Source: Brachymonas sp. (GTDB lineage: Bacteria > Pseudomonadota > Gammaproteobacteria > Burkholderiales > Burkholderiaceae_C). From it: a stretch of 32,000 nucleotides of DNA. The stretch is from contig JAUMWT010000012.1 of assembly GCA_030529505.1 (NCBI GenBank), positions 16,001 to 48,000 on the forward strand, in the 5' to 3' direction. The notes below the pieces were generated by a model. That model saw only the letters and a list, made by a program, of their open reading frames with translations, was not told the DNA's origin and made no database searches. Positions 14,588-25,044 of this stretch are shown here, one piece after another. The position numbers and the translations under genes are program-made. The stretch's first letter is position 1. Each line of letters starts with the position of its first letter.

Positions 14588-14622
14588 CAGGGGAGCACCT
14601 TCGGCCTCTCGGTCACGTCTCC
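14530..14622 (-). tRNA. tRNA-Ser (anticodon GCU), class II with long variable arm, CCA encoded
   Basis: The reverse complement GGAGACG-TG-ACC-GAGAGGCCGAA-GGT-G-CTCCC-CTGCTAA-GGGAG-TATGCGGTGATGAGCTGCATC-AAGGG-TTCGAAT-CCCTT-CGTCTCC-G-CCA folds into a full cloverleaf. Confidence 0.93.
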
Positions 14623-14703
14623 AACAAAGGCATGATTATAGCCACAAGCGGTGCTTGTTTGCGCTTGGCAAGCAGAAGATGAAAAAAGTGTGCGGCACTT
14701 GTT

Positions 14704-15843
14704 TTACTGGGGCTGCCATTGCAAAGTGGGGCCGCTGCGCACAACGTAGCCCGGGCCGACTTTGATGTGGATATGGTGCCCGCGTGTTTGGCAAGCGGCA
14801 ATGATTTGGAGCAGGGTCAGCATTTGGCTTTCGCTGCCGATGACGTTGTATTCTGACTTGAGCCAATGTCGCAGGGCGTTGGCTTGCCGGTGTGGCGAAA
14901 GCTGTTGCAGCTGGGCAATGTGCGGCGGGTTGCCGATTTGTTGCAGATCAATCGCTGCCAGTTCTTGCAGCAAGGCGTCGGCTTGTGCAGCCAGTCGGGC
15001 GCTGCGTATCAGGTTGGCGCTAAAGCCAGGAAGCTGTTTTTCAAGCGCAGGCAGCACGGCGTGCCGCAAGCGATTGCGGGTGAAACGCAGATCGGTGTTG
15101 CTGGGGTCTTCGATCCAAGGCACGTGCTGCGTTTGCAGCCAGTGTTTGATGGCGCTTTGTTCGATGGCGAGCAAGGGCCGGGCAAAGCGCGTGCCGTGGC
15201 GGCTGAATGCAGCAGGCATGCCGGCCAATCCGGCTACGCCAGCGCCTCTGCTCAAGGCCAAGAGCACGCTTTCGGCCTGGTCGTCAGCATGTTGGCCGAG
15301 CAAAACCGTTTCTGCGCCTGCAGACTGGGCGGTTTGGGCCAAGGCGCGGTAGCGGGCGTCACGGGCGCAGGCTTCGAGGCTATCGCCCGATTTTAATGCA
15401 ATGTGAACGTGCAAGCTTTGGTACTGCAAGTCGCAGCCAATGGATGCGGCGATGGGCTGCAAGGCCGCACAGAACAGGGCGCAGTAGTTGGCAAAGTCAT
15501 CCGCACAGGCTTGCAGGCCGTGGTGCACGTGCAAGGCGGTGATGAGGGAGGAAGAATGGTCGGCAGAAGTGGATGTTGCAGTGCTTGCATGGTGCAAACG
15601 CAAGAGGCCCAGCAACAAGGCGGTGGAGTCAGCCCCGCCGCTGAAGGCTACTGCGAGATGCTGCGGGCGTGGCTGCGGCAGCTTGTGCCACCAGTGTTGC
15701 AAGGTTGCATCCAACTTGGATGCGGGCCAGTGGATGAGACCGCGCAGGGCCGCGAAGGATGTGGCGGCGGGGGCAGAAGCAACAGGAGCAGAAGGAGTGT
15801 TGGGTTTGCTGGGCATGGCGCTGGAGCCTGGGTTCGCGCTCAT
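14704..15843 (-). CDS. tilS: tRNA(Ile)-lysidine synthase
   Basis: 379 aa. PP-loop motif AVAFSGGADSTALLL. Lies downstream of accA, as is common in betaproteobacteria. Confidence 0.88.
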   Translation of the reverse strand: MSANPGSSAMPSKPNTPSAPVASAPAATSFAALRGLIHWPASKLDATLQHWWHKLPQPRPQHLAVAFSGGADSTALLLGLLRLHHASTATSTSADHSSSLITALHVHHGLQACADDFANYCALFCAALQPIAASIGCDLQYQSLHVHIALKSGDSLEACARDARYRALAQTAQSAGAETVLLGQHADDQAESVLLALSRGAGVAGLAGMPAAFSRHGTRFARPLLAIEQSAIKHWLQTQHVPWIEDPSNTDLRFTRNRLRHAVLPALEKQLPGFSANLIRSARLAAQADALLQELAAIDLQQIGNPPHIAQLQQLSPHRQANALRHWLKSEYNVIGSESQMLTLLQIIAACQTRGHHIHIKVGPGYVVRSGPTLQWQPQ

Positions 15844-16312
15844 TCGAGAAAGTGCTGCACGTTTTGCAAGGCGGCCTCAAAAGGCTCAAGGATACAAACC
15901 GCCGCTCTGCAACGTTTGGCCAAGACTGCAAAACGGGCAACAGGTGGGGTTGCCTTCAGCATCGCAAGCAGATAGAGAGTTGCGCCGGCGCTCAATGCCT
16001 TGTTGTGTTACGCCCGCTGCTTGCTGCATCAATTGTTGCGAGAACGCCAGGCGCGTTTCAGTGCTTGATGTCGACTTGGGCGGCTCGCTCTGCATGCTCC
16101 AGAGAGCATGTGGCATCTGAGTCTGTGGAGGGGCGGGGCGCTTGGGTGCGATGTGCCATTCAGCCAAGCCACACAGCCGTGCAGTGAGCGCAGCAAGACA
16201 TTGGAGCTTGCATCCAGCAGGCTGCGCCCAAAGCGTGCACGCTGCTTACCCCTCAACACTCCATGCACGCGGCAACTCACGCAGCCGCGCGCGGGGTATG
16301 GCGTGTAGAACC

Positions 16313-17290
16313 TCAGTCGTCCGTTGCGCGCGTATCGTTGAAGCGGCCGTAGCTTTGCAGGCGTTCGTAGCGGCGGTCCAGCAATTCTTTGGGCTTGAGG
16401 TCGCTCACCTGGCGCAGGGCTTCGCCCAGGGCGCGCTTGAGTTGTGCGGCCATTTGCTTGTGGTTGGCGTGTGCGCCACCCACGGGTTCGCTCACGATTT
16501 TGTCCACCAAGCCCAGTGCCTTGAGGCGGTGGGCGGTGATGCCCAAGGCTTCAGCGGCGTCTTGCGCGCGCTCGGCGGTTTTCCAGAGGATGGAGGCGCA
16601 GCCTTCGGGCGAGATGACTGAGTACACCGCGTATTGCAGCATCAGCACCTGGTCGGCCACGCTGATGGCCAAGGCGCCGCCCGAGCCGCCTTCGCCGATG
16701 ATGGTGGCGATGATGGGCACTTCGAGCTGGGCCATTTCAAAGATGTTGCGGCCAATGGCTTCGCTCTGGTTGCGTTCTTCGGCGTCGATGCCGGGAAAGG
16801 CGCCTGGCGTATCCACGAAAGTGAAGACGGGCAGTTTGAATTTTTCGGCTGTTTTCATCAGGCGCAGGGCCTTGCGGTAGCCCTCGGGCTTGCTCATGCC
16901 GAAGTTGCGCGCCGCGCGCATTTTGGTGCTGCGGCCTTTTTGATGGCCCAGCACCATGCAGGGGTTGCCGTTGAAGCGGGCCAAGCCGCCGATGATGGAA
17001 AGGTCGTCGGCCATGTGGCGGTCGCCGTGCAGCTCCACAAAGTCGGTGAAGATTTCTTCGATGTAGTCCAGCGTGTAGGGGCGATCGGGGTGCCGGGCGA
17101 TCTTGGTGATTTGCCAGGGCGAGAGCGTGCCGTAAATGTCTTTGGTGAGCTGGAGGCTTTTCTTGCTCAGTTGCTCGATTTCGTCCGAAATGTCCACGGC
17201 CGATTCGGTTTGCACGTAGCGCAGTTCTTCGATCTTGTTTTCGAGCTCGGCAATGGGTTGTTCAAAGTCCAGAAAATTCCGTTTACTCAC
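16313..17290 (-). CDS. accA: Acetyl-CoA carboxylase carboxyltransferase alpha subunit
   Basis: 325 aa from GTG 17290 (AGGAG 6 nt upstream; the track ORF extends to 17362). Starts [16 protein letters not shown]... Contains DTPGAFPG and [10 protein letters not shown] motifs. Confidence 0.93.
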   Translation of the reverse strand: MSKRNFLDFEQPIAELENKIEELRYVQTESAVDISDEIEQLSKKSLQLTKDIYGTLSPWQITKIARHPDRPYTLDYIEEIFTDFVELHGDRHMADDLSIIGGLARFNGNPCMVLGHQKGRSTKMRAARNFGMSKPEGYRKALRLMKTAEKFKLPVFTFVDTPGAFPGIDAEERNQSEAIGRNIFEMAQLEVPIIATIIGEGGSGGALAISVADQVLMLQYAVYSVISPEGCASILWKTAERAQDAAEALGITAHRLKALGLVDKIVSEPVGGAHANHKQMAAQLKRALGEALRQVSDLKPKELLDRRYERLQSYGRFNDTRATDD

Positions 17291-17526
17291 ACTGTGCTCC
17301 TGACTGGGTTCGGCGCGTATTGTAAAGAACTGTAGCTGCCTGTTCGACCGCACCTGGCGCATGGTTTTTGCTTCATGGAGCAGTGTAGGGGGCAGCTGCC
17401 ATAAAAGGCTTTTGGGCTATAGCAGGCGCATCTGAGCGCTTGCCAACCTTTGTTAGGCGCACGAGCGGCTGCCGAGCTTGCCAGCGTTTTTTTTCAGGCT
17501 GCGATGCCTATGTGAGCAGACCCGCA

Positions 17527-18162
17527 TCAATACGCCACAGGCAAGGGATCGAGCGAACGCCACACATACCAGGTGCCCACGCTGCAATAGGGCTGCCAGG
17601 CTTGGGCCACTTCGCGCAAGGTGTGGCGGCTGACGGGCTCGCCAGAAAAATAGAGTTGGCTGATGCCTTTTTGCAGGCCGATGTCGTCCAGCGGCAAAAC
17701 ATTGGGGCGCATGAGGTGAAAGATCAAAAACATTTCGGCCGTCCAGCGGCCAATGCCGCGGATGGCGGTCAGCGTGGCGATCACGGCTTCGTCATCCAGA
17801 TCTTGCCAGGCGATGTTTTGCAAGCCGTGCTGGGTGAAGTGCCGGGCCAGGTCATGCAGGTATTCGACCTTGCGGGCGCTCAAGCCCGCTGCGCGCATGG
17901 TCTGGGGTGTGAGCTGCAGTACCGCCTGCGGTTCCAGCGCATGGGGCAGGGCAGCAAAACGATCCCATACCGATTGCGCCGCCTTGACCGATATTTGCTG
18001 GCCCACGATGCTGCGGGCCAATGTAACGAAGGCGTTTCCGCGCGATTCCAGCCGGGCGCTGCCGTATTGCTGCACCAGTTGCTTCATCACGCGGTCGCGC
18101 TGGCTCAGATGGGCACAGGCTTCTGCCCAGTAAGGTGGCGTGAGGAAAGTGGCGGCGGGCAT
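17527..18162 (-). CDS. HhH-GPD family DNA glycosylase (3-methyladenine glycosylase II-like)
   Basis: 211 aa from ATG 18162. Contains LARSIVGQQISVKAA, LSARKVEYL and the helix-hairpin-helix IRGIGRWTAEMFLIF, followed by PLDDIGLQKG. Confidence 0.8.
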   Translation of the reverse strand: MPAATFLTPPYWAEACAHLSQRDRVMKQLVQQYGSARLESRGNAFVTLARSIVGQQISVKAAQSVWDRFAALPHALEPQAVLQLTPQTMRAAGLSARKVEYLHDLARHFTQHGLQNIAWQDLDDEAVIATLTAIRGIGRWTAEMFLIFHLMRPNVLPLDDIGLQKGISQLYFSGEPVSRHTLREVAQAWQPYCSVGTWYVWRSLDPLPVAY

Positions 18163-18315
18163 ATGGATTGGGGCGGTGCCGTTCAATGCAGTTCAGCCGA
18201 CCGCCCATTGGGTGCGTGGTGGTGCATGGGGCAAGGATTCAGGTGCGGACGCAAGCGGGTGAGAAAAGGCAGCGGCGCTTTTCATTGCGTTTGAATGGCC
18301 TGAGTTTGAATGGCC

Positions 18316-19710
18316 TTAATGGGCGCATTCCCATGTGGTGCCCTGGGCCGAGTCTTTGAGCACAATGCCTTGCGCCAGCAGTTCCTGGCGGATGCGGTCG
18401 GCTTCGGCCCAGTTCTTCTCGGCCTTGGCCTGGGCGCGGGCGGCGATTTGCGCTTCGATGTGGGCAGCGTCCACGCCCGAGCCGATTTGCAAATAGTGGG
18501 CAGGGTCGTTTTGCAGCAGGCCCAGCGTGCCTGCCAGCGCCTTGAGCAAGCCGGCCTGCTGGGGCGAGCGGGTTTTGTTCACTTCGCTGGCCAGCTCGAA
18601 CAGCACGGCCACGGCTTCGGGTGTGCCAAAGTCGTTGTCCATAGCGGCTTTGAAGCGGCTGGCGTAGGCGTTGCTCCAGTCGATAGCGGCGGGCATATCG
18701 ATGGCATCGACTGTTGACAGCGCTGTGTACAGGCGCTTGAGGCCCGTGCGCGCATCGTCCAGCCCCGCATCGCTGAAATTGAAGGGGCGGCGATAGTGCA
18801 CGCGCAGCATGAAAAAGCGCAGCGTTTCGCCGTCGTAGCTTTTGAGCACGTCGCGAATGGTGAAAAAGTTGTTGAGCGATTTGCTCATCTTCTCGCCATC
18901 CACCTGCAAAAAGCCGTTGTGCACCCAGTAGCGCGCAAAGGGCTTGCCCGTGGCGCCTTCGCTTTGGGCGATTTCGTTTTCGTGGTGCGGAAATTGCAGG
19001 TCGGCGCCACCGCCGTGAATGTCAAACGTTTCGCCCAGCAGGGCCATGCTCATGGCCGAGCATTCGATGTGCCAGCCCGGCCGCCCGCAGCCGATGGCCG
19101 ATTCGTACTTGGCATCGGCTGGCTCGCTGGGCTTGGCGGCCTTCCACAGCACAAAGTCCAGCGGGTCTTGCTTGCCGTCTTGCACGGCCACGCGCTCGCC
19201 CGCGCGCAGGTCGTCAATCGATTTGCCGCTGAGCTTGCCGTAGCCCGCAAACTTGCGCACCGAGTACATGTAGTCGCCGGCGCTCTCGCCCGCCTCCACC
19301 TTGTAGGCCAGGCCCTTTTGCTGCAGGCGCTGGATCAGCTCGGTCATCTGCCGCACGTATTCGGTGGCGCGCGGCTCATGCGTGGGGCGATCAATGCCCA
19401 GCGGGGCAAAGTCCTCGTGCATGGCGGCGATCATCTCGTCGGTGAGCTGGCGGATGGGGATGTTGCGCTCCAGCGCGCGCTTGATGATCTTGTCGTCGAT
19501 GTCGGTGATGTTGCGCACATAGGTCACGCGGTAGCCGCTGGCGCGCAGCCATTTCTGCATCACGTCGAAAGCGATCATCATGCGGGCGTGGCCGATGTGG
19601 CAGAGGTCGTAAATCGTCATGCCGCAAACGTACATGCGCACATGGTTGGCCTCAAGCGGAACAAAGGGCTGCACTTCGCGTGCCAGCGTGTTGTAGATGC
19701 GCAAAGACAT
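18316..19710 (-). CDS. cysS: Cysteine--tRNA ligase
   Basis: 464 aa. Class I motifs HIGH (CHIGHARM) and KMSKS. N-terminal [16 protein letters not shown]... is typical of CysRS. Confidence 0.96.
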   Translation of the reverse strand: MSLRIYNTLAREVQPFVPLEANHVRMYVCGMTIYDLCHIGHARMMIAFDVMQKWLRASGYRVTYVRNITDIDDKIIKRALERNIPIRQLTDEMIAAMHEDFAPLGIDRPTHEPRATEYVRQMTELIQRLQQKGLAYKVEAGESAGDYMYSVRKFAGYGKLSGKSIDDLRAGERVAVQDGKQDPLDFVLWKAAKPSEPADAKYESAIGCGRPGWHIECSAMSMALLGETFDIHGGGADLQFPHHENEIAQSEGATGKPFARYWVHNGFLQVDGEKMSKSLNNFFTIRDVLKSYDGETLRFFMLRVHYRRPFNFSDAGLDDARTGLKRLYTALSTVDAIDMPAAIDWSNAYASRFKAAMDNDFGTPEAVAVLFELASEVNKTRSPQQAGLLKALAGTLGLLQNDPAHYLQIGSGVDAAHIEAQIAARAQAKAEKNWAEADRIRQELLAQGIVLKDSAQGTTWECAH

Positions 19711-19947
19711 GATGCAAATGGCAAGAAAAAGTTGGATGAAAAAGCGGGCTGGCTGAGCCGATAAAAGCCCGGTGCCTCAAGGGTAGCGCGCATCCTACCG
19801 CAAAGGGCTGGCGCAGGCATGGCCGCATGCCGCGCAGGGCTGCTGTTGGCGCTGCCGCGGGCAAGAAGCGCATAATGCGCGGATCGTTTTTGCTGATACA
19901 CGGGCTGGGGCCACGCTCGATAAGGTCTGGCCCGTGGCCTGCTTTTC

Positions 19948-20532
19948 ATGATGTTGAATCATTCTCTTTTTCGTCCGCGGGCAACAGTGGCTGGCCGCTT
20001 GGGGGCTGCCACGCTGCTGACGGCGGCCTTGTTGGGTGGCCAGGCGGCCCAGGCGCAGACGGCGCAAACCGCACAAGCTACGCAGGTGGCGTTGGTGGGC
20101 GAAGACTATCGCAAGGTCAATCAGCTCATCACCACTAAAAATTACGCAGCTGCCTTGCAAGAGGCCGATTCTTATCTGGCCAACAACCCGCGCGACCCGC
20201 AAATGCGCCTGCTGCGCTCGCGCGTGCTGGTGGCGCAGGGCAAAACGGACGAAGCCCGCAACCAGTTGCTCACCATCACGCAGGAATACCCCGAAATCGC
20301 TGAACCCTATAACAACCTTGCTGTGCTTTATGCGCAGGCGGGTGAACTGGATTTGGCGCGCACCGCTTTGGAAAGCGCTGTGCGCATCAACCCCGGCTAT
20401 GCCGTGGCCCTGCACAACCTGGGCGATGTGTACCGCCGCATGGCGCACGAGCACTACAGCAAGGCGCTGGCCTTGCAGCCCGGCAACCGCACTTTGCAAG
20501 AGAAAGCACAAGCCATGCGCGCGGCGCGTTGA
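19948..20532 (+). CDS. Secreted TPR-repeat protein
   Basis: 194 aa. Signal-like N-terminus ending AAQAQ. TPR-like repeats (YNNLAVLYAQAGELDLARTALESAVRINPGYAVALHNLGDVY). Confidence 0.75.
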   Translation: MMLNHSLFRPRATVAGRLGAATLLTAALLGGQAAQAQTAQTAQATQVALVGEDYRKVNQLITTKNYAAALQEADSYLANNPRDPQMRLLRSRVLVAQGKTDEARNQLLTITQEYPEIAEPYNNLAVLYAQAGELDLARTALESAVRINPGYAVALHNLGDVYRRMAHEHYSKALALQPGNRTLQEKAQAMRAAR

Positions 20533-20617
20533 TGTGTTGTCGGTTTTGAATCCGTGTTGGTAACGCGGCTTGCTGCCCTGGGCAAGCCGATTCGGTTTTT
20601 GTGGAAGGAGATACCCC

Positions 20618-21358
20618 ATGTCTATTCAGACTTTGACTTTGGGCCGCAGCAAGATCGCGCAATGGCTGCTGCTGGCCGCGCTGTGCCTGGGCGTGGCCGC
20701 CGTGCAGGCCGCCCCGCGCAAAAAAGCAGCGGCCGCGGCCAGCAAAACCAAAATGGTCGAGGCCAAGCCGCAGGTGCTGTTCCGCACCAATCTGGGCGAA
20801 TTCACGGTGGAGCTGGAACCCGCTGCAGCGCCCAAAACGGTTGAGAACTTTCTGCAATACGTCAACAGCGGGCACTACAACGGCACCATCTTTCACCGCG
20901 TGATCAGCAACTTCATGGTGCAGGGCGGCGGCTTTGATGCCAAGCTCGCGCAAAAGCCCACCCGCGCGCCCGTGGTGCACGAAGGGCGGCAAGCCCTGCA
21001 AGCGGGCCTGCGCAACACCGTGGGCAGCCTGGCGATGGCACGTACCAGCGAGATGAACTCGGCCACGGCGCAGTTCTTCATCAATGTGAAAGACAACGCT
21101 TTTCTCGACCCCACCCCCATCCCCGATGGCGACCCTGTGCCGCGCTTTGTGTACCAGGGCAAAACCTATGCCAACCTGCCGCGCGCGCAATTGCTGCGCC
21201 ACCCTGGGCTGGCGGGCTACACCGTGTTTGGCAAGGTCATCAGCGGCATGGACGTGATCGAAAAAATCCGCACCACGCCCACGGGCGCGGCTGGCCCCTT
21301 CAGCAGCGACGTGCCCAAAACCACCGTGCTGATCGAGTCTGCGCGGCAGATCAAGTAA
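20618..21358 (+). CDS. ppiA: Periplasmic peptidyl-prolyl cis-trans isomerase (cyclophilin type)
   Basis: 246 aa from ATG 20618 (GGAAGGAG upstream). Signal peptide ...[10 protein letters not shown]. Cyclophilin motifs [15 protein letters not shown] and SATAQFFIN. Confidence 0.9.
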   Translation: MSIQTLTLGRSKIAQWLLLAALCLGVAAVQAAPRKKAAAAASKTKMVEAKPQVLFRTNLGEFTVELEPAAAPKTVENFLQYVNSGHYNGTIFHRVISNFMVQGGGFDAKLAQKPTRAPVVHEGRQALQAGLRNTVGSLAMARTSEMNSATAQFFINVKDNAFLDPTPIPDGDPVPRFVYQGKTYANLPRAQLLRHPGLAGYTVFGKVISGMDVIEKIRTTPTGAAGPFSSDVPKTTVLIESARQIK

Positions 21359-21447
21359 ACTCGGCGCGCCTTGGCAACCTGCCGCTGGCCTGTGTAGGCG
21401 CGGCAGGTTTTTTCACGAAAAACATCCCCTTTCTTTCTTCATCCATC

Positions 21448-21954
21448 ATGAGCACACAAGTCATCCTGCACATCGCCAACCGTGGCCCCATCACCATCGA
21501 ACTGGACGAAAGCAAGGCCCCCATCACCGTGGCCAACTTTCTGGAATACGTGCGCAACGGCCACTACAACGGCACCGTGTTTCACCGCGTGATTCCGGGC
21601 TTCATGATCCAGGGCGGCGGCTTTGCACCCGGCATGGAGCAAAAGCCCACCGCCAAAGAAATCCAGAACGAAGCCAACAACGGCCTGAAAAACGACAAAT
21701 ACACCATCGCCATGGCACGCACCAGCGCTCCTCATTCGGCCAGCGCCCAGTTCTTCATCAACGTGGCCGATAACGACTTCCTCAACCACAAATCACCCAC
21801 ACCGCAAGGCTGGGGCTATGCCGTGTTCGGCAAAGTGGTGGAGGGGCAAGACGTGGTTGATCAGATCGCAGGCGTTGCCACCGGCCGCCGCGGCATGCAC
21901 GACGACGTGCCCAAAGACGACGTGCTGATCGAAAAGGCCGAAATCAAGGCTTGA
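21448..21954 (+). CDS. ppiB: Cytoplasmic peptidyl-prolyl cis-trans isomerase (cyclophilin type)
   Basis: 168 aa with no signal peptide. Motifs [15 protein letters not shown] and SASAQFFIN. Confidence 0.93.
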   Translation: MSTQVILHIANRGPITIELDESKAPITVANFLEYVRNGHYNGTVFHRVIPGFMIQGGGFAPGMEQKPTAKEIQNEANNGLKNDKYTIAMARTSAPHSASAQFFINVADNDFLNHKSPTPQGWGYAVFGKVVEGQDVVDQIAGVATGRRGMHDDVPKDDVLIEKAEIKA

Positions 21955-22007
21955 CGCACGCAGCCTACTGCGCAAGCATTGCAAAAGCCGATTCACGGCA
22001 ACCCACA

Positions 22008-22045
22008 CAGCGGCACGGCCTTGCAGCCTGCCGCTTTGTTTTTGG
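22008..22045 (+). terminator. Rho-independent terminator after ppiB
   Basis: CAGCGGCA-cggccttgcagcc-TGCCGCT followed by TTGTTTTT. Confidence 0.55.
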
Positions 22046-22297
22046 GCTGAGCATTTTGTGGCGTTGCGGGTTGTGTGTGAAGTGCGCGCTGCGTTGAAAG
22101 TGGGCGGTTCGAAAAGCCGCTGTGCAAAAAGCAGCACCAGCCCGTATGCGACACTTGCGCAGCTTGCCACGCAGGCGTGCAACTCTTTGTGGGGGCACAT
22201 TCAAAAAGCGTTGTCTGCATGCAGCGATCCTTGGCCGCTCCTTGGGGTGCTGTTGTTGCACTGCCTGCAGCAAATCAGCGACTTGCGTTGTTCGTTT

Positions 22298-22459
22298 AGA
22301 ACCTGTTCAAAATCTCATCGTGAAGTGATTGGAAATGGAGCGGAATGGGATGCAAGGCGCAAATTGCAGTGCATACCCGTGCTATGGACGAGATTTGCAA
22401 CGCAGCAGACCGCCCGCTTCCATTTTCAAGCGCCCGCGAGAAGATTTTGAACAGGTTCT
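22298..22459. repeat. 162-bp palindromic element with 18-bp perfect terminal inverted repeats
   Basis: agaacctgttcaaaatct (22298-22315) is the exact reverse complement of agattttgaacaggttct (22442-22459). Inner segments (ggaaatggagcgg vs ccgcttccatttt) also pair. Confidence 0.7.
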
Positions 22460-22738
22460 TAGATGCACCCCTTGCGCCTCTTCTAATTTCGGCAAAGCCA
22501 CATTGCTGTGCACGAGCAAGGCGAACAATTCTTGCTGGGCTGGGGACAGCGCAAGCAGGGGCTTGAAGCGCCAGTGTGGCGCGCCTGCTGGCTTGTCTGC
22601 TGCTTGGCCTCGGGCTTGATCGGGCAGATTGTGCGGAGCAGATGCACCGCTTCTGAATAGATCGCGCCGAAAACAGTTGCCAACGCTCTTGAATCAGCCA
22701 GTTTTTTGACACTTCTTTTTTGAACGATTGTTCTTGCC

Positions 22739-23653
22739 ATGAACTTGCCAGCATCCACCCAGCTTTCGAGCCAGGCCGTTTCTGAACTGGTCGCGCCAGC
22801 CGCCTGGCACACCATCGACTTTGTGGCCGATCTGCACTTGCAAACGGACGATGCCACCTGGCAAGCCTTTGCGCACTACTTGCAGCACACACCGGCCCAG
22901 GCCATCTTCTTGCTGGGCGACATTCTGGAACTTTGGGCGGGCGACGACGCCTTGCAACACCCCAGCCAAGCCTTTCCCCGCCAACTGGTGCAAGCCCTGC
23001 ACGCCGCCAGCCAGCACAAGGCGCTTTACTTCATGCACGGCAACCGTGACTTTCTGGTGGGCGCAGACTTTTGCGCCGCTGCGGGCATGATCCTGCTCAA
23101 CGACCCCTGTGTGCTGCAGTTGCCATCAGTACCACCAGCCAGCGGGGCAGCAAGCAATGGGGCCAGCAACAACGAGGCACCCAACAGCGAGCCAAACAAC
23201 GAAGCGGGGCCGCGCATCCTGCTCAGCCACGGCGATGCCTTGTGCATTGACGACGTGGCCTATATGCAATTTCGCCAGCAAGTGCGCAACCCTGCATGGC
23301 AGCAGGCCCTGTTGCAGCAGCCGCTGGAACAGCGCCTGGCCCTGGCTCAACAACTGCGCCAACAAAGCAGCCAGCGCAAAAACGAACTGGGGGTAGAAGG
23401 CTATGCCGATGTGGACGCCCCCCTGGCCGTGCAATGGCTGCAAACGCAGGGCTGCACCCTGCTGGTACACGGCCACACCCACAAACCGCAAGATCACGAC
23501 CTGCCCGGCACCGCCAACAACGGCCAAACCCTGCGCCGCATGGTGCTCAGCGACTGGGATTTGCTCGCCTCCCAACCCCGCGCCGAAGCCCTGCGCTTGC
23601 AATGCCAATCGGGTGGGGAGTGGCGATGGAGCAGAGAAAACAGTTGCCGTTGA
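22739..23653 (+). CDS. lpxH: UDP-2,3-diacylglucosamine diphosphatase
   Basis: 304 aa. Metallophosphoesterase/LpxH motifs FVADLHL, LLGDILELWAGDD, HGNRDFL, SHGDALCIDD, VHGHTH. Contains a ~30-aa low-complexity insert. Confidence 0.88.
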   Translation: MNLPASTQLSSQAVSELVAPAAWHTIDFVADLHLQTDDATWQAFAHYLQHTPAQAIFLLGDILELWAGDDALQHPSQAFPRQLVQALHAASQHKALYFMHGNRDFLVGADFCAAAGMILLNDPCVLQLPSVPPASGAASNGASNNEAPNSEPNNEAGPRILLSHGDALCIDDVAYMQFRQQVRNPAWQQALLQQPLEQRLALAQQLRQQSSQRKNELGVEGYADVDAPLAVQWLQTQGCTLLVHGHTHKPQDHDLPGTANNGQTLRRMVLSDWDLLASQPRAEALRLQCQSGGEWRWSRENSCR

Positions 23654-23683
23654 GTGCGGCGAAAGCTTTTTGAAAATGGCCTT

Positions 23684-24223
23684 TTAAGTAGAGTACAGCT
23701 TGGAATAAGGGTTGTTTTTATCCAGCACCGCATACAGAAAAGGCAACAGCGCATTCACCCCATCACGCGGCGGGCGGTGGTTGCGACCGTCAAAATTAAA
23801 ACCGCTTTTCTCCGAAAGCAAATGCCGACTCCCCACAATAACGCGCCGCCGCATCACCCTCAAACCCGCGTACCTTGTCCAAACTCTCTGCCCGCTTGAG
23901 CTGCTGCAAAGAAAATTTCAACGCTGTTACCTCCGCATGCTCGCGATGATTACGCAAACGCCGCTGCAACACCCGCTTGGTTGACTGAATCTTCGCCGCA
24001 AAACCCCATCAAAAAAAGGCGATACCAACACGTTGCCGAAACAAAAAATATGCCCGATCGCATGCACCGGCAACTGCGCCACCTTCTTGCGCTCCTGCTT
24101 CTCTACCAGCGTTTCCTGCTCTTGATAATTGCCTTGAGCGGTGTTGTGGAGCGTGTTTTGAATTTTGCGCATGATTGCAAAATCCCTTGGTTTTTGAGCG
24201 AACTTTTGAGACTTAATAGGCAT
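23684..24223 (-). pseudogene. cas1: cas1 remnant (frameshifted, internally deleted, 3'-truncated)
   Basis: Minus-strand translation gives MRKIQNTLHNTAQGNY...LPVHAIGHIFCFGNVLVSPFF, then in other frames MGFCGE..., RVLQRRLRNHRE..., [12 protein letters not shown]..., and [34 protein letters not shown]. This is the N-terminal ~half of a Cas1 as I recall the type I-C-like consensus, broken by several frameshifts and stops, and it ends abruptly about 30 nt from the lpxH stop. Confidence 0.75.
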
Positions 24224-24339
24224 TTCGATTGCCTAAAAAATATTGTCGATCGAGTTCTTAAATTTGACATTTTTTAAACTGCTGTAATAATTTGAGGGCT
24301 GGGAATGAATTGTTGGATATAACTATTCGGTCTGCGTTT

Positions 24340-25044
24340 TTAATTAAAGTAAGGGTTGGGGCTCCACTCGTTGGCGACATTTTGATTAAAGTGGGCTGTT
24401 AAATTTGGAAATTGTATTAATGGCGGATTTTTTATATTATTGTTTGTGGATATGAATTGTTGAAAACGCAAAGCCAGGTTGGGTGTTGGTGGATTTCCAG
24501 TCTTGAAATTTTTGAAAATAATTGTATTGATACTGCGTATATCTGATTTGTTAGGTGTTTGTGTGGGGTTTTTTGTTAAGTTGAACAGTATATTGGCCAA
24601 TGCGCCTCCAATGTTATTTAAGTTCCACATGATACATATCATGCCTATTGCATCATAAAGTTCTTTTGCAATTGGATTCCAGTTTGGCATTTGATGAGCA
24701 GGGCCACCTCTTCCTCTGACTCTATTGGTACTGTTTGGAGTTCCGGCTTGAGTAAAGCCGGATAAAGGGTCAAATAAAGGCAATCGATTTATTGCTGGAT
24801 TTTGCTGTTTTATTAAATCGATAAAATCATTCGCGGCAGTTACTCCGCAAACAAAAGTGCCAGAGTCGTATTGATTTTTATGGCTTTGGTAGCTGAAAAC
24901 GTAGTATTCTCTATCTAGGGTTGGTCCGGCACAACTTTCCTTGGTTTGTCCTTCAAGTAGTTTGACGTGAGCTAAAGGGATAATTTCAAATTCTTGAACC
25001 AGTTGCTCTCTAGTTCTTTCTCCACGACAATCAGTAATAGGCAT
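24340..25044 (-). CDS. Orphan protein in an AT-rich insertion (unknown family)
   Basis: 234 aa from ATG 25044, or 247 aa from ATG 25083. It is an uninterrupted ORF in markedly AT-rich DNA, where stop codons would be frequent by chance. Same strand as the cas remnants. No motif recognised. Asn/Pro/Thr-rich C-terminal half. Confidence 0.7.
   Translation of the reverse strand: MPITDCRGERTREQLVQEFEIIPLAHVKLLEGQTKESCAGPTLDREYYVFSYQSHKNQYDSGTFVCGVTAANDFIDLIKQQNPAINRLPLFDPLSGFTQAGTPNSTNRVRGRGGPAHQMPNWNPIAKELYDAIGMICIMWNLNNIGGALANILFNLTKNPTQTPNKSDIRSINTIIFKNFKTGNPPTPNLALRFQQFISTNNNIKNPPLIQFPNLTAHFNQNVANEWSPNPYFN

Noticed and set aside
15844-16312. ~470-bp gap between accA and tilS containing several 60-140 aa ORFs on both strands
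   Set aside because: The translations are Arg/Ala/Cys-rich with no motifs or ribosome-binding sites. I could not support any gene or RNA here.
18796-19764. 322-aa ORF on the plus strand
   Set aside because: Antisense shadow of cysS (HIGH and KMSKS motifs are on the minus strand).
22296-22892. 198-aa minus-strand ORF in the ppiB-lpxH spacer
   Set aside because: It overlaps the lpxH start antisense, its translation is Arg/Ser/Ala-rich, and it crosses the palindromic element. Judged spurious.
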